Source: Candidatus Bathyarchaeia archaeon | Lineage (GTDB): Archaea; Thermoproteota; Bathyarchaeia; TCS64 | Direction of reading: 5' to 3' | DNA length: 64,000 bases | Assembly: GCA_050014495.1 (NCBI GenBank) | Contig: JBEKDF010000003.1 | Coordinates: 1-64,000, forward strand | Part shown: piece by piece, positions 29,222-39,348 of the stretch | Layout of the letters: each line of letters begins with the position of its first letter | How positions within the stretch are numbered: the stretch's first letter is position 1 | Made by a program: the position numbers and the translations under genes | Notes under the pieces: generated by a model | What the model was told of the DNA's origin: nothing | Databases searched by the model: none | The model's input: only the letters and a program-made list of their open reading frames with translations

Positions 29222-30064
29222 TTGACAAAAATTATGATCGATGACCTAGAGATGTATTACGAGATTCATGGAGAAGGCTTCCCACTAATAATGATACAGG
29301 GATACAATGGAACCACAGAGAGTTGGGATACATTAGTCCCAAGGCTAAGTGATCTGTCAAAACGCTTCAGAGCCATAGTAATCGATAACCGGGGAACCGG
29401 GAGAAGCAGTGCTCCCGAAGGGGAATACTCCATCAATACGATGGTGAAGGACGTAGTTGGATTGCTAGACGCTCTGAAAATACGTGAGGCACACATACTA
29501 GGTGTCTCTATGGGTGGAATGATAGCCCAGGAACTCGCCATCAACCACCCAGAGAGGGTGAAAAACCTTGTTCTAACCTGTACTTTCCCCGGCGGCCACA
29601 CTCTAGACTCGATCCCTGGACAGAGAGCGGCCCTCGAGAAAAACGCTTGGCTCTATTCTCCCCCACCGGGTGTAACGCAAGAGGCAGTGAGGGAGCAGAT
29701 GCTCCGCATGGTTTATCGCCCAAAGTTCCTCGAGGAGAACAGAGCTAAGATCTTATCCGCCTCAGTGAAGTATCCGACTTCATCCTCGACGCTGGAGAAG
29801 CATTTTGATGTCATATTGAAGTTCAACACCTACAGTAGGCTTGGGAGGATCCGTTCAAAGACACTCATTATCCATGGCGAGGATGACGAGTTAGTGATGC
29901 CCGAGGGTGGGGAGATCCTCGCGAGGTTGATTCCTAATTCTAGGTTGTTGATGTGTAAGGAGGCCAGCCATTGTGTGCTCGAGGAGAAGTGGAGCGAGGT
30001 AAAACCCGTCATATTGGATCATCTCTCAGAGCCGTGTCTCGAGAGCATAGGAAGCGTGTTTTAA
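29222..30064 (+). CDS. Alpha/beta hydrolase
   Basis: DNRGTGRS, GVSMGG, HGEDD, ASH. Confidence 0.92.
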   Translation: MTKIMIDDLEMYYEIHGEGFPLIMIQGYNGTTESWDTLVPRLSDLSKRFRAIVIDNRGTGRSSAPEGEYSINTMVKDVVGLLDALKIREAHILGVSMGGMIAQELAINHPERVKNLVLTCTFPGGHTLDSIPGQRAALEKNAWLYSPPPGVTQEAVREQMLRMVYRPKFLEENRAKILSASVKYPTSSSTLEKHFDVILKFNTYSRLGRIRSKTLIIHGEDDELVMPEGGEILARLIPNSRLLMCKEASHCVLEEKWSEVKPVILDHLSEPCLESIGSVF

Positions 30065-31081
30065 ATGTTAATTAGATGCCCCTACTGTAATGAGACTCTA
30101 AGAGAGAAGAGGGACATTTGCCCATACTGCAAGGCATACATAAAAAATGAGATGGATAAGATAAGCGAAGTCGAAGCCAAGCCAAAATATTCAACACTTT
30201 TTTTCATAAAAGAAGCCATCATGAGTGAGCTGAAACCCGAACCGATCGAGATGTTACCCAGCAAGGTCGCTTACCGGAGAAGACCCCGCAGCTCGCTGAG
30301 GAAGTACCTCATATATGGCACATTAATGATAATTCTCGGCTGCTGCCTTATTTTCGGTGACCTTTGGGTTCAATATATTGGATTAACAATCAACTGCTTC
30401 ACCGTTCCCATCGTCATCGTAGCCTGGTTTCTACAGAACGACCGCTACGACCCCGAACCGATTAGCCTCGTAGTTTACCTATTTGGTTGGGGTGCAATAG
30501 CCGGTTTGCTCTCATACCTCATTAACCCCCTACTTTACCCCTACCTTGGAGTCGCTGGAGGCGCATTTGTGGAGGAGCCCCTCAAATTATTTGGGGTATA
30601 TCTTTTTGCCAAAGGTAAGGTCTTCGGCTCTGGGATTAACAGCCATCTTGACGGCATGATCTATGGGGCATCAGTTGGGGCTGGTTTTGCCTCCCTTGAA
30701 AACATGCTTTACCTCTTCTACGGTAACCCCAGCAGCATTCCCCTCGCCCTATTGGCGAGAGTCACAACGACGTTCTGTCAAATTGCCTGGACCGCCATCG
30801 CTGCTAGGACACTTGGATTAGCTCTGGCTCTCCGAGGCAATATGAAGGTGACGGACCTTCTCCCCGGTCTCCTTGTCGTCATCCCGCTTCATTTCCTCTG
30901 GAACAGTTTCCCAGATTTCATGAGAGGATGGTTCATGCTACCAATTATGCTGCTGATTCTGTTCAGAGAAGTGAACATGGCTGTCAATGATGAGGTGAGT
31001 TGGGGCTTCAAACTCGTGGGGCCAAATGCAAATAGGGTACGACGAAGAAACCTATACGAACAAGTTCGCCACGGGAAATAG
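30065..31081 (+). CDS. PrsW-family intramembrane protease with N-terminal zinc ribbon
   Basis: CPYC...CPYC, EP, EEPLK, GFASLEN, HFLWN. Confidence 0.85.
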   Translation: MLIRCPYCNETLREKRDICPYCKAYIKNEMDKISEVEAKPKYSTLFFIKEAIMSELKPEPIEMLPSKVAYRRRPRSSLRKYLIYGTLMIILGCCLIFGDLWVQYIGLTINCFTVPIVIVAWFLQNDRYDPEPISLVVYLFGWGAIAGLLSYLINPLLYPYLGVAGGAFVEEPLKLFGVYLFAKGKVFGSGINSHLDGMIYGASVGAGFASLENMLYLFYGNPSSIPLALLARVTTTFCQIAWTAIAARTLGLALALRGNMKVTDLLPGLLVVIPLHFLWNSFPDFMRGWFMLPIMLLILFREVNMAVNDEVSWGFKLVGPNANRVRRRNLYEQVRHGK

Positions 31082-31137
31082 TCAAAATATCAATGAAATC
31101 AAACGAGTTAGAAACCTTTTTTCTGAAAGTAACTGGC

Positions 31138-31830
31138 TTACTGGATTTTAACAGCAATCGCCTTTATGATGTCAGAGGTGTTCTTGCACCAGTCTGAAAC
31201 TAACTCAAGTGAGTCCACAAATTCAATCAATAAATATAGAGGCCCCGGCTCCCAATCGACGAACTTGAGTTTTCCGAAGTTAATCCTCGATTTAGCGTGG
31301 AGCATATCGACTTCTTCCTCAATGTTTTCAACCTTTTGCGTCAACTCAATGCATTTTTTTGGGTTAAGCCTCATATAACTGAAGCATTCAGTGAGGGCCT
31401 CGACGCACGCATAATCCGTCTTACCCATATCTAAGATAATGTCCTTCAACTCTACTGGTACCTTTTGTAAATCCAACACGCTCAGGAGTGAACCCGCCTC
31501 ATGGCCGCTATCCGCAATATAGTCGATTGCCCTGGTTAGATCGATTATATCCATCTTCTCCTCGGGAAACATCTCACTCACAGACATTTTATCTATCAGC
31601 TCTTTTCTTATTAAGTCGGCTTCATGTTCCTCTTGATGCAGATCCCAAAAGTATTTTTCAATTTCCTCCGAATTTCCCTTCAATGACGCCTCGATCATTC
31701 TGTTCAGATTCCCGATTACATCTTTAGTCAGCGCGAAATGTTTCCTAGCTAATTCGATGATCTGATTACCCCTCTTCTGAGAAAACCAGCTAAACAGAAC
31801 TTTAGACAACTCATCACCCCAATTATTCAA
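31138..31830 (-). CDS. DUF47/PhoU-like phosphate transport regulator
   Basis: EHEADLI, DYIAD, ENIEEEVD, ELVSD. Confidence 0.85.
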   Translation of the reverse strand: MNNWGDELSKVLFSWFSQKRGNQIIELARKHFALTKDVIGNLNRMIEASLKGNSEEIEKYFWDLHQEEHEADLIRKELIDKMSVSEMFPEEKMDIIDLTRAIDYIADSGHEAGSLLSVLDLQKVPVELKDIILDMGKTDYACVEALTECFSYMRLNPKKCIELTQKVENIEEEVDMLHAKSRINFGKLKFVDWEPGPLYLLIEFVDSLELVSDWCKNTSDIIKAIAVKIQ

Positions 31831-31946
31831 TTAACTGACGATATATTTATCGCGCATGCAATATTGGGTTAAGACCTTATTCTAATTCGATAACTAATTT
31901 TTAAAAAAAATCAGGGAGAAACGCGCGCACTTATTTCCTTCTATCT

Positions 31947-31993
31947 AAATACTAATGGAATAAAATTTTAGGCAAATCCCTCCGAACCCGCCA
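31947..31993 (+). repeat. att copy 3 (attR-like): left arm plus core
   Basis: AAATACtAATGGAATAAAATTTTAgGCA followed by AATCCCTCCGAACCCGCCA (31975-31993). Confidence 0.9.
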
Positions 31994-32043
31994 TAATACT
32001 CTTAATGATCTTTTCTAAGAATCCGTATTAGATAATAGCGAGG

Positions 32044-32982
32044 CTAGCTGACCATCTGTGGTTCCTCATCCGCTTTCTTATCTCTGAAGAAGAGGGAAAT
32101 TAATATGAAAAACCCGATGATTCCAAGCACTATACCCATATTCCAAAGTATTGGCACCTCAATTCCAAACAATGTAGCGAATGTTTTCACACCTAGGTAT
32201 GCGAGAACCAAGGCGAGACCTTTACTCAGGTACTTAAGTTCACTCATAGCGTGAGCAACTACAAAATAAAGGGCTCGTAACCCTAAGACCGCCATTATAT
32301 TGCTCGTATACGCTGTGAAGAACTCACCTGTAATCGTAAGTACTGCTGGTACCGAATCAAGGGCGAACAGAATGTCCGTCGTCTCTATGACGAGCAGGAC
32401 AATGATGAGAGGAGTGCATTTTAGAACCCCATCGATTTTAACCAAGAACTGGTCATCATGGTATTCTTCACATATTGGTAAGAATTTCTTTGCGAACTTG
32501 ACAACGAAGTTGTCACCAGGGTTCGTCGCCTCATTGCCTCCTCTGAGAAGCTTGTACGCTGAATAGAGAAGGACTACTCCGAAGACGTATATTATCCAAT
32601 TAAAGTTCTCGATGAGGTCGACGCCCACGAAGATGAAGGTAGCTCTTAATAAAATGGCCCCAAGTATCCCGAAGAATAGGGGCTTATGCTGCTTCGCAAA
32701 AGGGACACCAAAATAACTGAAGATCACTATAAAGACGAATAAGTTATCGACGCTGAGAGCGAGCTCTGTGACATAAGCGGTTACATACTTTATACCCTCC
32801 TCCTGCCCAAAGTTTAGGTAAATATATCCACCTAGTGAGACAGCGATACCAATTATTAGTATACTCCAGATAATATTACTATGAAGCGTTGGTTGTTTCT
32901 TCTTTGGCAGGAGGTCATATACAAGTAATAATATGATAATGAGATGAAATAGGACCCAGAACAGCAGGGGGACTTCAACCAA
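32044..32982 (-). CDS. TerC/Alx family metal homeostasis membrane protein
   Basis: LSVDNLFVF, ETTDILFALDSVPA, LGLRALYF. Confidence 0.92.
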   Translation of the reverse strand: MVEVPLLFWVLFHLIIILLLVYDLLPKKKQPTLHSNIIWSILIIGIAVSLGGYIYLNFGQEEGIKYVTAYVTELALSVDNLFVFIVIFSYFGVPFAKQHKPLFFGILGAILLRATFIFVGVDLIENFNWIIYVFGVVLLYSAYKLLRGGNEATNPGDNFVVKFAKKFLPICEEYHDDQFLVKIDGVLKCTPLIIVLLVIETTDILFALDSVPAVLTITGEFFTAYTSNIMAVLGLRALYFVVAHAMSELKYLSKGLALVLAYLGVKTFATLFGIEVPILWNMGIVLGIIGFFILISLFFRDKKADEEPQMVS

Positions 32983-33095
32983 ATCAAATAGTCCTCCAGA
33001 TTGAATTCTCCGTGCTAAATAACCCGACCTCCTAAAAGGATTTGGGTGACTCTAATAGATGTTAAAACCGAGAAGGTCATTTTTAAACGATTGAT

Positions 33096-33758
33096 TTGTT
33101 CAAGAAGGGTAAGGTCGATCTTCAGTTTATCCGGGAGAGGCTAAACTCAAGTTTACTAAGCGACGTCCTCGATGGAATGGGAATAAGGAATCAGTGCATG
33201 GCGGAATCGATACGCCCGATGTACCCTGGAGCAGTCATAGTTGGGAACGCCCACACGATGCTTATGGTTGACATTCACGAACCTGAACAGGACACTTTCA
33301 AACTTCAGCTCGAAGGAATAGACGCTCTGAAGAAAGATGACCTCATGGTAGTCGCCTCTAATGGCTCAACATCAGCTGCCCTCTGGGGTGAGCTGCTCTC
33401 CACCGCAGCACGAATCAGGGGGGCTTCTGGCGCTGTCATCGATGGTCTCTCCAGAGATATTGGACAGATCGAGGAGATGAAATTCCCTGTTTTTGCTGCT
33501 GGCGTACGCCCGATAAGTAGCAAGGGGCGGGTAGTTTCCATTGGCTACGGATGTAGGATCAGGTGCGGGGGAGTCAACGTCGAGGAGGGGGACCTCATAG
33601 TAGGCGATATTGACGGGGTCACAGTGGTCCCTGACACTGCAGCAGAGGAGGCGGTGGAGCGTGCCCTTGAAAAAGCTACTAGCGAAAGAAAAACTAGAAA
33701 GGAGCTACTAAAGGGTTCCACACTCAGCGCTGTATATGCCAAGTATGGCACAATCTAG
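33096..33758 (+). CDS. RraA/HMG aldolase family protein
   Basis: SDVLD, ALWGELL, VIDGLSRD, GDIDGV. Confidence 0.88.
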   Translation: MFKKGKVDLQFIRERLNSSLLSDVLDGMGIRNQCMAESIRPMYPGAVIVGNAHTMLMVDIHEPEQDTFKLQLEGIDALKKDDLMVVASNGSTSAALWGELLSTAARIRGASGAVIDGLSRDIGQIEEMKFPVFAAGVRPISSKGRVVSIGYGCRIRCGGVNVEEGDLIVGDIDGVTVVPDTAAEEAVERALEKATSERKTRKELLKGSTLSAVYAKYGTI

Positions 33759-34069
33759 TGATACTCCTGTAGATTTAGCAAACTCCAAAGTAACCCCTAG
33801 GGGGCTAACGGAGCGAGCGCGATATAAAGGATGACAGAATAGCAGGACGAGGGTAAAGATAAACATCTTTTTCGATGTAAGGTATTTCTCTCTTGATATT
33901 AAAGAAGCTAAGAATAACACGAGTTAGTTCCTTTCTCAACTCGCAAAGATTAGAAAATGCCCTTGCGCATGATACCAGAGGAGGATCGTAGAACTTGACA
34001 TCTACTTTCTCAGTCACTATGGTTTTAGAATCTTTGTGAATCTTAAAATAGTCTAACCAATTATGAGAA

Positions 34070-35113
34070 TCAAGCAAGGCTGAAGAGGAACCGTGGCGTC
34101 TTTGCGGTGCAACCTTCACGGCGGTAGTCGATGCTTTTTTTGACTTTGCCCGATTCGATAAGTTCGTCTAGGGTATCTATGAGAGGGTTTACGATACTAA
34201 CTCCATAGTCACGGCATAGGACATCCCATTCCTCTTGGTCTAGACCGTAAGCCTTCGCCCAATGAGTCTTATCTAGGGAGTACCATAGGCGATGGAAGTC
34301 TAGATCTGATACGCCGAGGATGCTAAGGATCCCCTCCTTGAGTATCCTCTTATTCAGCTTCAAATCAGCGACCTTGTAATCAGGGTCGAGGACTTCGACG
34401 TCGGATTTGCCACGAGTAAGCTTTATGAGGGAGTTCTTCGGTGTCTGGTAGATCTTTTTCAGGTCACTCTTGACAGGTTCGAGGCCAACCTTGCTGCTAG
34501 CCCACATAACTTCATCCTTGCCGATGCCTATGTAGCAGGGCTGCCACCTGTTTGCGAGCCAGATCGTGTCGGATTCCCTTTCGCTTATGAGGCAGAGTAA
34601 GACTTGACCTGTTAACTTTGGCATGACAATGCGTAGTGCCTCGTCGAATCCGGCGCCTTTCTTCACTTCCTCATCAATCATGTGGACAGCTACCTCGCTG
34701 TCAGTTATCCAGTCGACAGAGGGATTGTAGCTCTTAAATTTATGACCGAGTTTGAGTTTAGCCCAATGTTCCTTAAAGTTGGCGATATTACCGTTGTGCA
34801 TCATAGCAATATCTCCAGCATCATTCGTGAAGGGGTGGCACATTGTGTCAATGTCGCAGCGGGGGTCCTCGCGGGCTATGGAACTGTACCTACTGTGGCC
34901 GATACCTACATTTCCCTTGAGTTTTGTTATAATGGTAGACTTCTTCACTGAGATGACTGGTCCCGTTGCCTTCTGAATCTGTATTTTACCTTTGGGATCA
35001 ATAACACCCATACCTGTGGCGTGTGCGCCGAAGTAACCTTCCTGTAGCTCGAGAGCGTTGAGTATGAGCGGCGCTATCGACCTATAGCCAATATACCCGA
35101 CAAGCTGGCACAT
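34070..35113 (-). CDS. Class II glutamine amidotransferase domain protein
   Basis: N-terminal MCQLVG (Cys2), GIGHSRY, CHPF, HNGNIAN, TDSEV. Confidence 0.85.
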   Translation of the reverse strand: MCQLVGYIGYRSIAPLILNALELQEGYFGAHATGMGVIDPKGKIQIQKATGPVISVKKSTIITKLKGNVGIGHSRYSSIAREDPRCDIDTMCHPFTNDAGDIAMMHNGNIANFKEHWAKLKLGHKFKSYNPSVDWITDSEVAVHMIDEEVKKGAGFDEALRIVMPKLTGQVLLCLISERESDTIWLANRWQPCYIGIGKDEVMWASSKVGLEPVKSDLKKIYQTPKNSLIKLTRGKSDVEVLDPDYKVADLKLNKRILKEGILSILGVSDLDFHRLWYSLDKTHWAKAYGLDQEEWDVLCRDYGVSIVNPLIDTLDELIESGKVKKSIDYRREGCTAKTPRFLFSLA

Positions 35114-35204
35114 GGGGGGAGATTAATGCGCCGCTTGTATTAAGAACTGACGATTATAGTAACAAACAATCCATCAGAATGGCTGAGAAATGAGCGATTG
35201 AAGC

Positions 35205-35699
35205 CTAGGCGAGTTTAACGTTTCCCCTCTCGATGGCGGCTGCCCCAGTCCTACTCATCTCCTCTATCCCAATTGGAGCGATCCGCTTCAGGAACTCATT
35301 AATCTCATCGGTGGGTCCAGTGACCTCGGCTATTAATATCTCAGGCTCAACGTCGAGTATAAGACCGTGGTAAGCGTTCACCGTGTTAACAGCTTCGATT
35401 CGCGCAATTGGGTCTGAAGTCTTCAATTTAATCAGGAGAAGTTCCCTACTCAGCGTCCTGATGGGGTCGAGGCGCTTTACCTTGACAACATCGACCATCT
35501 TGTCGAGTTGCTCCACTATCTGGTTGAGGACACGACTTTCCGCGTCGACGACGACAGTCATTCTACTTAGAGGGCTCCCCTCGACTGGACCGACTGTTAG
35601 GCTAGTAATGTTGTATCCTCTACGCCTGAAGAGGTTGGAGACCTTGAAAAGGACGCCAGGCTTATTCTCGACAAGGAAGCTGACTGTATGCAGCGGCAT
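35205..35699 (-). CDS. ilvN: Acetolactate synthase small subunit (copy 1)
   Basis: VENKPGVL, RRGYNITSLTVG, RELLLIK, SRTG. Confidence 0.93.
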   Translation of the reverse strand: MPLHTVSFLVENKPGVLFKVSNLFRRRGYNITSLTVGPVEGSPLSRMTVVVDAESRVLNQIVEQLDKMVDVVKVKRLDPIRTLSRELLLIKLKTSDPIARIEAVNTVNAYHGLILDVEPEILIAEVTGPTDEINEFLKRIAPIGIEEMSRTGAAAIERGNVKLA

Positions 35700-35700
35700 A

Positions 35701-37386
35701 TCATGCGCCTCCTAGGAGGATATCTTTGAGTCCCATGCCCGGTGGGATCATAGGGTAGACATTCTCCTCGGGGTCTATCGGAACATCGATTACTGTTGTC
35801 TGCTTCTCTTTGACGCTTCGCCTGATGGCTACTTCTATCTCCTTTATAGAGTCCACCTTTACCCCCGTTGCCCCATAGGTCTCGGCGAGCTTCGCGAAAT
35901 CTGGGTGCATTGGTCTCTTTATAGTGCTATATCTACGGTTGTAGAATAGGCGCTGCCACTGGGCGACCATTCCTAAGACGCCGTTGTTTAGTATTACGAC
36001 TGTTATGGGAAATCCCTCATCGACGGCTAGTGCTAAGTTGTTCTCCGTCATAGCGAAACTGCCATCTCCCGAGATGTTGAGGACAGGGAGATCCGGCCTC
36101 GCAGCCTTAGCCCCGATGGCTGCTGGTGTGCCCCATCCCATCGTGCCTAGTCCCCCACTTGTGAAGAACTCACCTGGGCCTCGGACATCGTAGTGCTGCG
36201 CCGCCCACATTTGGTGCTGCCCCACATCGGTGACCACAATGCTATCTGGTGGCATCGCCCTTCTGATAGCCTTGATTACCTCTGGACCCGAGAGTGGTGA
36301 GTCGCTGTCCAAGATGTTTGTTTGTGCTCTGAGCTCCGCTATACGCTTCACAAGAACGACATCAGTTGGCATTGTAGATCTCTGCTGGGCGATCTTCTCC
36401 CTAATTCCCCTGATAGCTATCTTAGCGTCCCCAACTATGCGGGTGATGCTGTCAACGTTCTTGTCTATCTCACTCCGATCGACGTCGATGTGAATTATCC
36501 TCGCGTTTGGAGCGAAGCCACTGAGGGCACCTGTTGTGCGGTCGCTGAAGCGTGCCCCGACTACGAGGAGGACGTCGGCTTCTGGTACTATGTAGTTTGC
36601 CTCGATGCGTCCATGCATGCCACAGAGACCGAGGCATAGTGGATGGTTGCTTGGTATAGCCCCCTTACCCATTAAGCTGTGAGCTACAGGCGCTTGGAGC
36701 ATTTCAGCGAGTTCAACTAACTCCATCGTTGCTCCCGAAGCTATCGCTCCCCCGCCCGCAATAATGACGGGTCTACGCGCCTTCGAGAGTAGAGTCGCAG
36801 CCCAATATATCTCCTGAGGATTAGGGTCAGTACCAGGGTGGTAACCACGGAACTCGACCTTATCTGGGAAGATCATATCTGCCCTGTCAGTCTGAGTGTC
36901 CTTTGGGATGTCGACAAGTACTGCTCCCTTCCTCCCCGTAGAAGAGAGATAAAATGCTGACTTGATGGCGTGCGGTATCTCCGCAGCCTCCATGACCTGT
37001 ATATTATGCTTGGTGACGGAGGCGGTGATACCTATTATATCAACCTCCTGGAAGGCGTCTGTGCCAACCATGTTTAATGGGACCTGCCCAGTGAGTGCAA
37101 CGACGGACGAAGAGTCGAGTTGTGCAGTTGCGAGGCCTGTTACTATGTTCGTAGCTCCCGGGCCACTCGTAACCTGCACTACGCCGGGTCTTCCGGAGAC
37201 GCGCGCGTAGCCGTCCGCCATGTGAGTGGAGCCTTGCTCATGGACTCCGCCGACGTAGCGGATCTTCGAATTAAGCAGTTCGTCGCATATTGGCATGATC
37301 GCAGCGCCAGTAATACCGAAGAGATACTCGACGCCCTCCCTCTCAAGCGCCTTCACATAAGCCTCAGCGCCAGTCATTTCAGGCAT
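35701..37386 (-). CDS. ilvB: Acetolactate synthase large subunit (copy 1)
   Basis: HEQG, TSGPGATN, GTDAFQE, GQHQMW, SGGLGTMG, GDGSF; start set at MPEMT after AGGAG. Confidence 0.95.
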   Translation of the reverse strand: MPEMTGAEAYVKALEREGVEYLFGITGAAIMPICDELLNSKIRYVGGVHEQGSTHMADGYARVSGRPGVVQVTSGPGATNIVTGLATAQLDSSSVVALTGQVPLNMVGTDAFQEVDIIGITASVTKHNIQVMEAAEIPHAIKSAFYLSSTGRKGAVLVDIPKDTQTDRADMIFPDKVEFRGYHPGTDPNPQEIYWAATLLSKARRPVIIAGGGAIASGATMELVELAEMLQAPVAHSLMGKGAIPSNHPLCLGLCGMHGRIEANYIVPEADVLLVVGARFSDRTTGALSGFAPNARIIHIDVDRSEIDKNVDSITRIVGDAKIAIRGIREKIAQQRSTMPTDVVLVKRIAELRAQTNILDSDSPLSGPEVIKAIRRAMPPDSIVVTDVGQHQMWAAQHYDVRGPGEFFTSGGLGTMGWGTPAAIGAKAARPDLPVLNISGDGSFAMTENNLALAVDEGFPITVVILNNGVLGMVAQWQRLFYNRRYSTIKRPMHPDFAKLAETYGATGVKVDSIKEIEVAIRRSVKEKQTTVIDVPIDPEENVYPMIPPGMGLKDILLGGA

Positions 37387-37428
37387 AAATGGATACTCCT
37401 TGATACTTTTCTCGTTTCGATGATCCAT

Positions 37429-37540
37429 AAATCGTAGTCTCGGATGGATATCTAGTGGCTAAGAATACGATTCCCCATTCAACTATCCCCCATATTCGGG
37501 GGCTCAACAAAGCAATACCCCATGTTTCATCCTCCCAACA
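37429..37540 (-). promoter_or_regulatory. Conserved ilvB leader copy 1 (tandem uORFs, hairpin, CCGAGACTACGATTT)
   Basis: uORF 37523-37479 MGYCFVEPPNMGDS*, uORF 37478-37452 MGNRILSH*; same architecture as 57346-57507. Confidence 0.6.
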
Positions 37541-37590
37541 GGGATGTAAGCTATCCAAACAATGATTCGAATAAAAGGGTTTGGAGAAGA

Positions 37591-39246
37591 CTACTTCTGG
37601 GCTAAATTAATGACCGCGGAGACGAGCGCCTCCTCTGTGTCTGAGTGAATGATCCTTATGCGATAGAGCTCGGCGAGTCTTAGTTCCTCAGTCTTGATGG
37701 GCATGAGGGAGGCGATGAGGTATCTCGCAGAGGCGATGTCGGGGATAACATTGCTCTTCTCAATAATCTTGTTGTAGATCGGCTCATTTAAGACGACATC
37801 TATACAGAGGCGACTATCCTCGATGGTGGGGTCCATGGCAAGGATGTCAAAGTCATAATTCTTGGATGATTTCCCGATGACAATACCTGGGGCCTCAGCT
37901 TCCCAACCAGCCTCCTCAAATCCAACCTTGATCTTCTTTGATAGAAGCTCGGCCCTCCTCCGTTGGGCTGCGAGACGAAGTCTCTCCTGCAGAGGCTTGC
38001 CAAGTTCCCAGTAGTCCTTGAAAACAAGCATCATCGTCCCCACATATGCAGACATATTGGACCAGATGGTGCGATTCTGCGATACGGCGTATGGCACGTT
38101 GAGGAGGACCTCCTTTCCGTCAATTGCTACGAATACGAGGTCGGTAACGGCAGCGTTCTCCGAGACAACTATCGGGGTGTCTGCGATTCTACTCACCTCC
38201 GGTAAAGTTTCATTATCTGTTCGGGTTAATAGCCTCATTTTGATACCATTTCTCGCCATATCCTCAAGCATGGAGAGCGGTACAGGGAGCGTTGTCGCGT
38301 TCCTAGCGATAATGTCTATTGATTGACTGGCCTTAGCTATCATCTCACTGAAGATTGTCGCATACTCCTCTCGCGTAGTATAAGTCCTGATTTCAGGTGT
38401 AGCTTCCCCCGTCTTGATTGACTCTATAACGAGCTCTGCATCTGGGGCAAGGCTCCAAAGTGCATCATAGAATATCCCCAGGGCTTCCACATAGCTTGGC
38501 GCGTCTGTCCAAAGGCCTGTGTCGGAATTCGTAGTCATGCTCATGGAGTCGTCCATGGCGACTGTTGTGAGGGCTTCCCCCTTATCGATTATAGCGAATC
38601 TTATCGGATTCTGGAGGGTTATGTGACGGGTCTCAGTAAAGCTACTGTATGGCTCAACTTCCTTCCAGTTCTCTATATCAATTTGGGTGAGAATCCTGAT
38701 CTTCTTCCCTTGCCTGTTTAACGCTTTCAGTTTGTCATCAAGCCCCCATAGACTGAGGCGAGCGAGGTCACTTGTCGTTGTGACAAGCCTGACTGTCTCA
38801 TGGGTCCTGTCGTACATTTCAAGGAGAAGTTCGAGAACCTGCTGTCTACCCTGGAATATGCGGAACCTCGGCTCCTCTGGACGCTGCTCCGAACCACGGG
38901 CAAGGTTCTCCCACTCCCTTATGAAGGTGTCCTGATTTACCTCGAGATCGGTGAGCGTCTGGCGGAGACCCCCCAATTGACGGTCTATGACACTTCTCAG
39001 TGGGGCAGCGATGAACTTGACAGGCCTCCCCATGACTCGCTGGACGAACTCCTTCTCTTCTAACACCTTTAGGCTCCTGTAAGCCTTCATGCGGTTTAAG
39101 TTGAATCTCCTGGCGACAACTCGCGCGGGTGTTGGACCCGATGCTGAAAGGAAGACGTAAATTTCTGCCTCCTCCTTTTCGAGTCCAAAGCTCTTTAGCT
39201 TGCCTGCGAGCCTCTCGGTAGCCATGGTTTTGTTCTTTCCATCCAT
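37591..39246 (-). CDS. TrmB-family regulator with two effector domains and a C-terminal endonuclease-like domain
   Basis: FGLEKEEAEIYVFL...AYRSL..L.EK.FV...GRPVKFIAAP; two R.L / FAIID-type domains; GKSSKNYDFDI. Confidence 0.8.
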   Translation of the reverse strand: MDGKNKTMATERLAGKLKSFGLEKEEAEIYVFLSASGPTPARVVARRFNLNRMKAYRSLKVLEEKEFVQRVMGRPVKFIAAPLRSVIDRQLGGLRQTLTDLEVNQDTFIREWENLARGSEQRPEEPRFRIFQGRQQVLELLLEMYDRTHETVRLVTTTSDLARLSLWGLDDKLKALNRQGKKIRILTQIDIENWKEVEPYSSFTETRHITLQNPIRFAIIDKGEALTTVAMDDSMSMTTNSDTGLWTDAPSYVEALGIFYDALWSLAPDAELVIESIKTGEATPEIRTYTTREEYATIFSEMIAKASQSIDIIARNATTLPVPLSMLEDMARNGIKMRLLTRTDNETLPEVSRIADTPIVVSENAAVTDLVFVAIDGKEVLLNVPYAVSQNRTIWSNMSAYVGTMMLVFKDYWELGKPLQERLRLAAQRRRAELLSKKIKVGFEEAGWEAEAPGIVIGKSSKNYDFDILAMDPTIEDSRLCIDVVLNEPIYNKIIEKSNVIPDIASARYLIASLMPIKTEELRLAELYRIRIIHSDTEEALVSAVINLAQK

Positions 39247-39348
39247 CTTTTAAATTGTTCGTTCATTTGTTACAATCAATATGTACGTTCTATTGTTACT
39301 GATCTAAGGTTATCCCTGCGACACCGGAGCTAAGTTCAGGCGTGTGTC

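Larger units (their letters stand above)
28277..31993. mobile_element. Integrated element 2 at tRNA-Lys (about 3.7 kb, no integrase)
   Basis: Lies between att copies 2 and 3. Confidence 0.72.

Noticed and set aside
32983..33095. yybP-ykoY Mn riboswitch upstream of terC
   Set aside because: The leader is short and lacks the conserved GGGGAGUA and four-way junction features.
33805..34119. 104-aa ORF downstream of the GATase gene
   Set aside because: It overlaps the GATase 3' end and has no recognisable motif; at most a gene remnant.
39299..39330. TPP riboswitch-like CTGATC...TTAT...GCG
   Set aside because: The P2/P3 GCTGAGA half is missing and the gene context does not fit.
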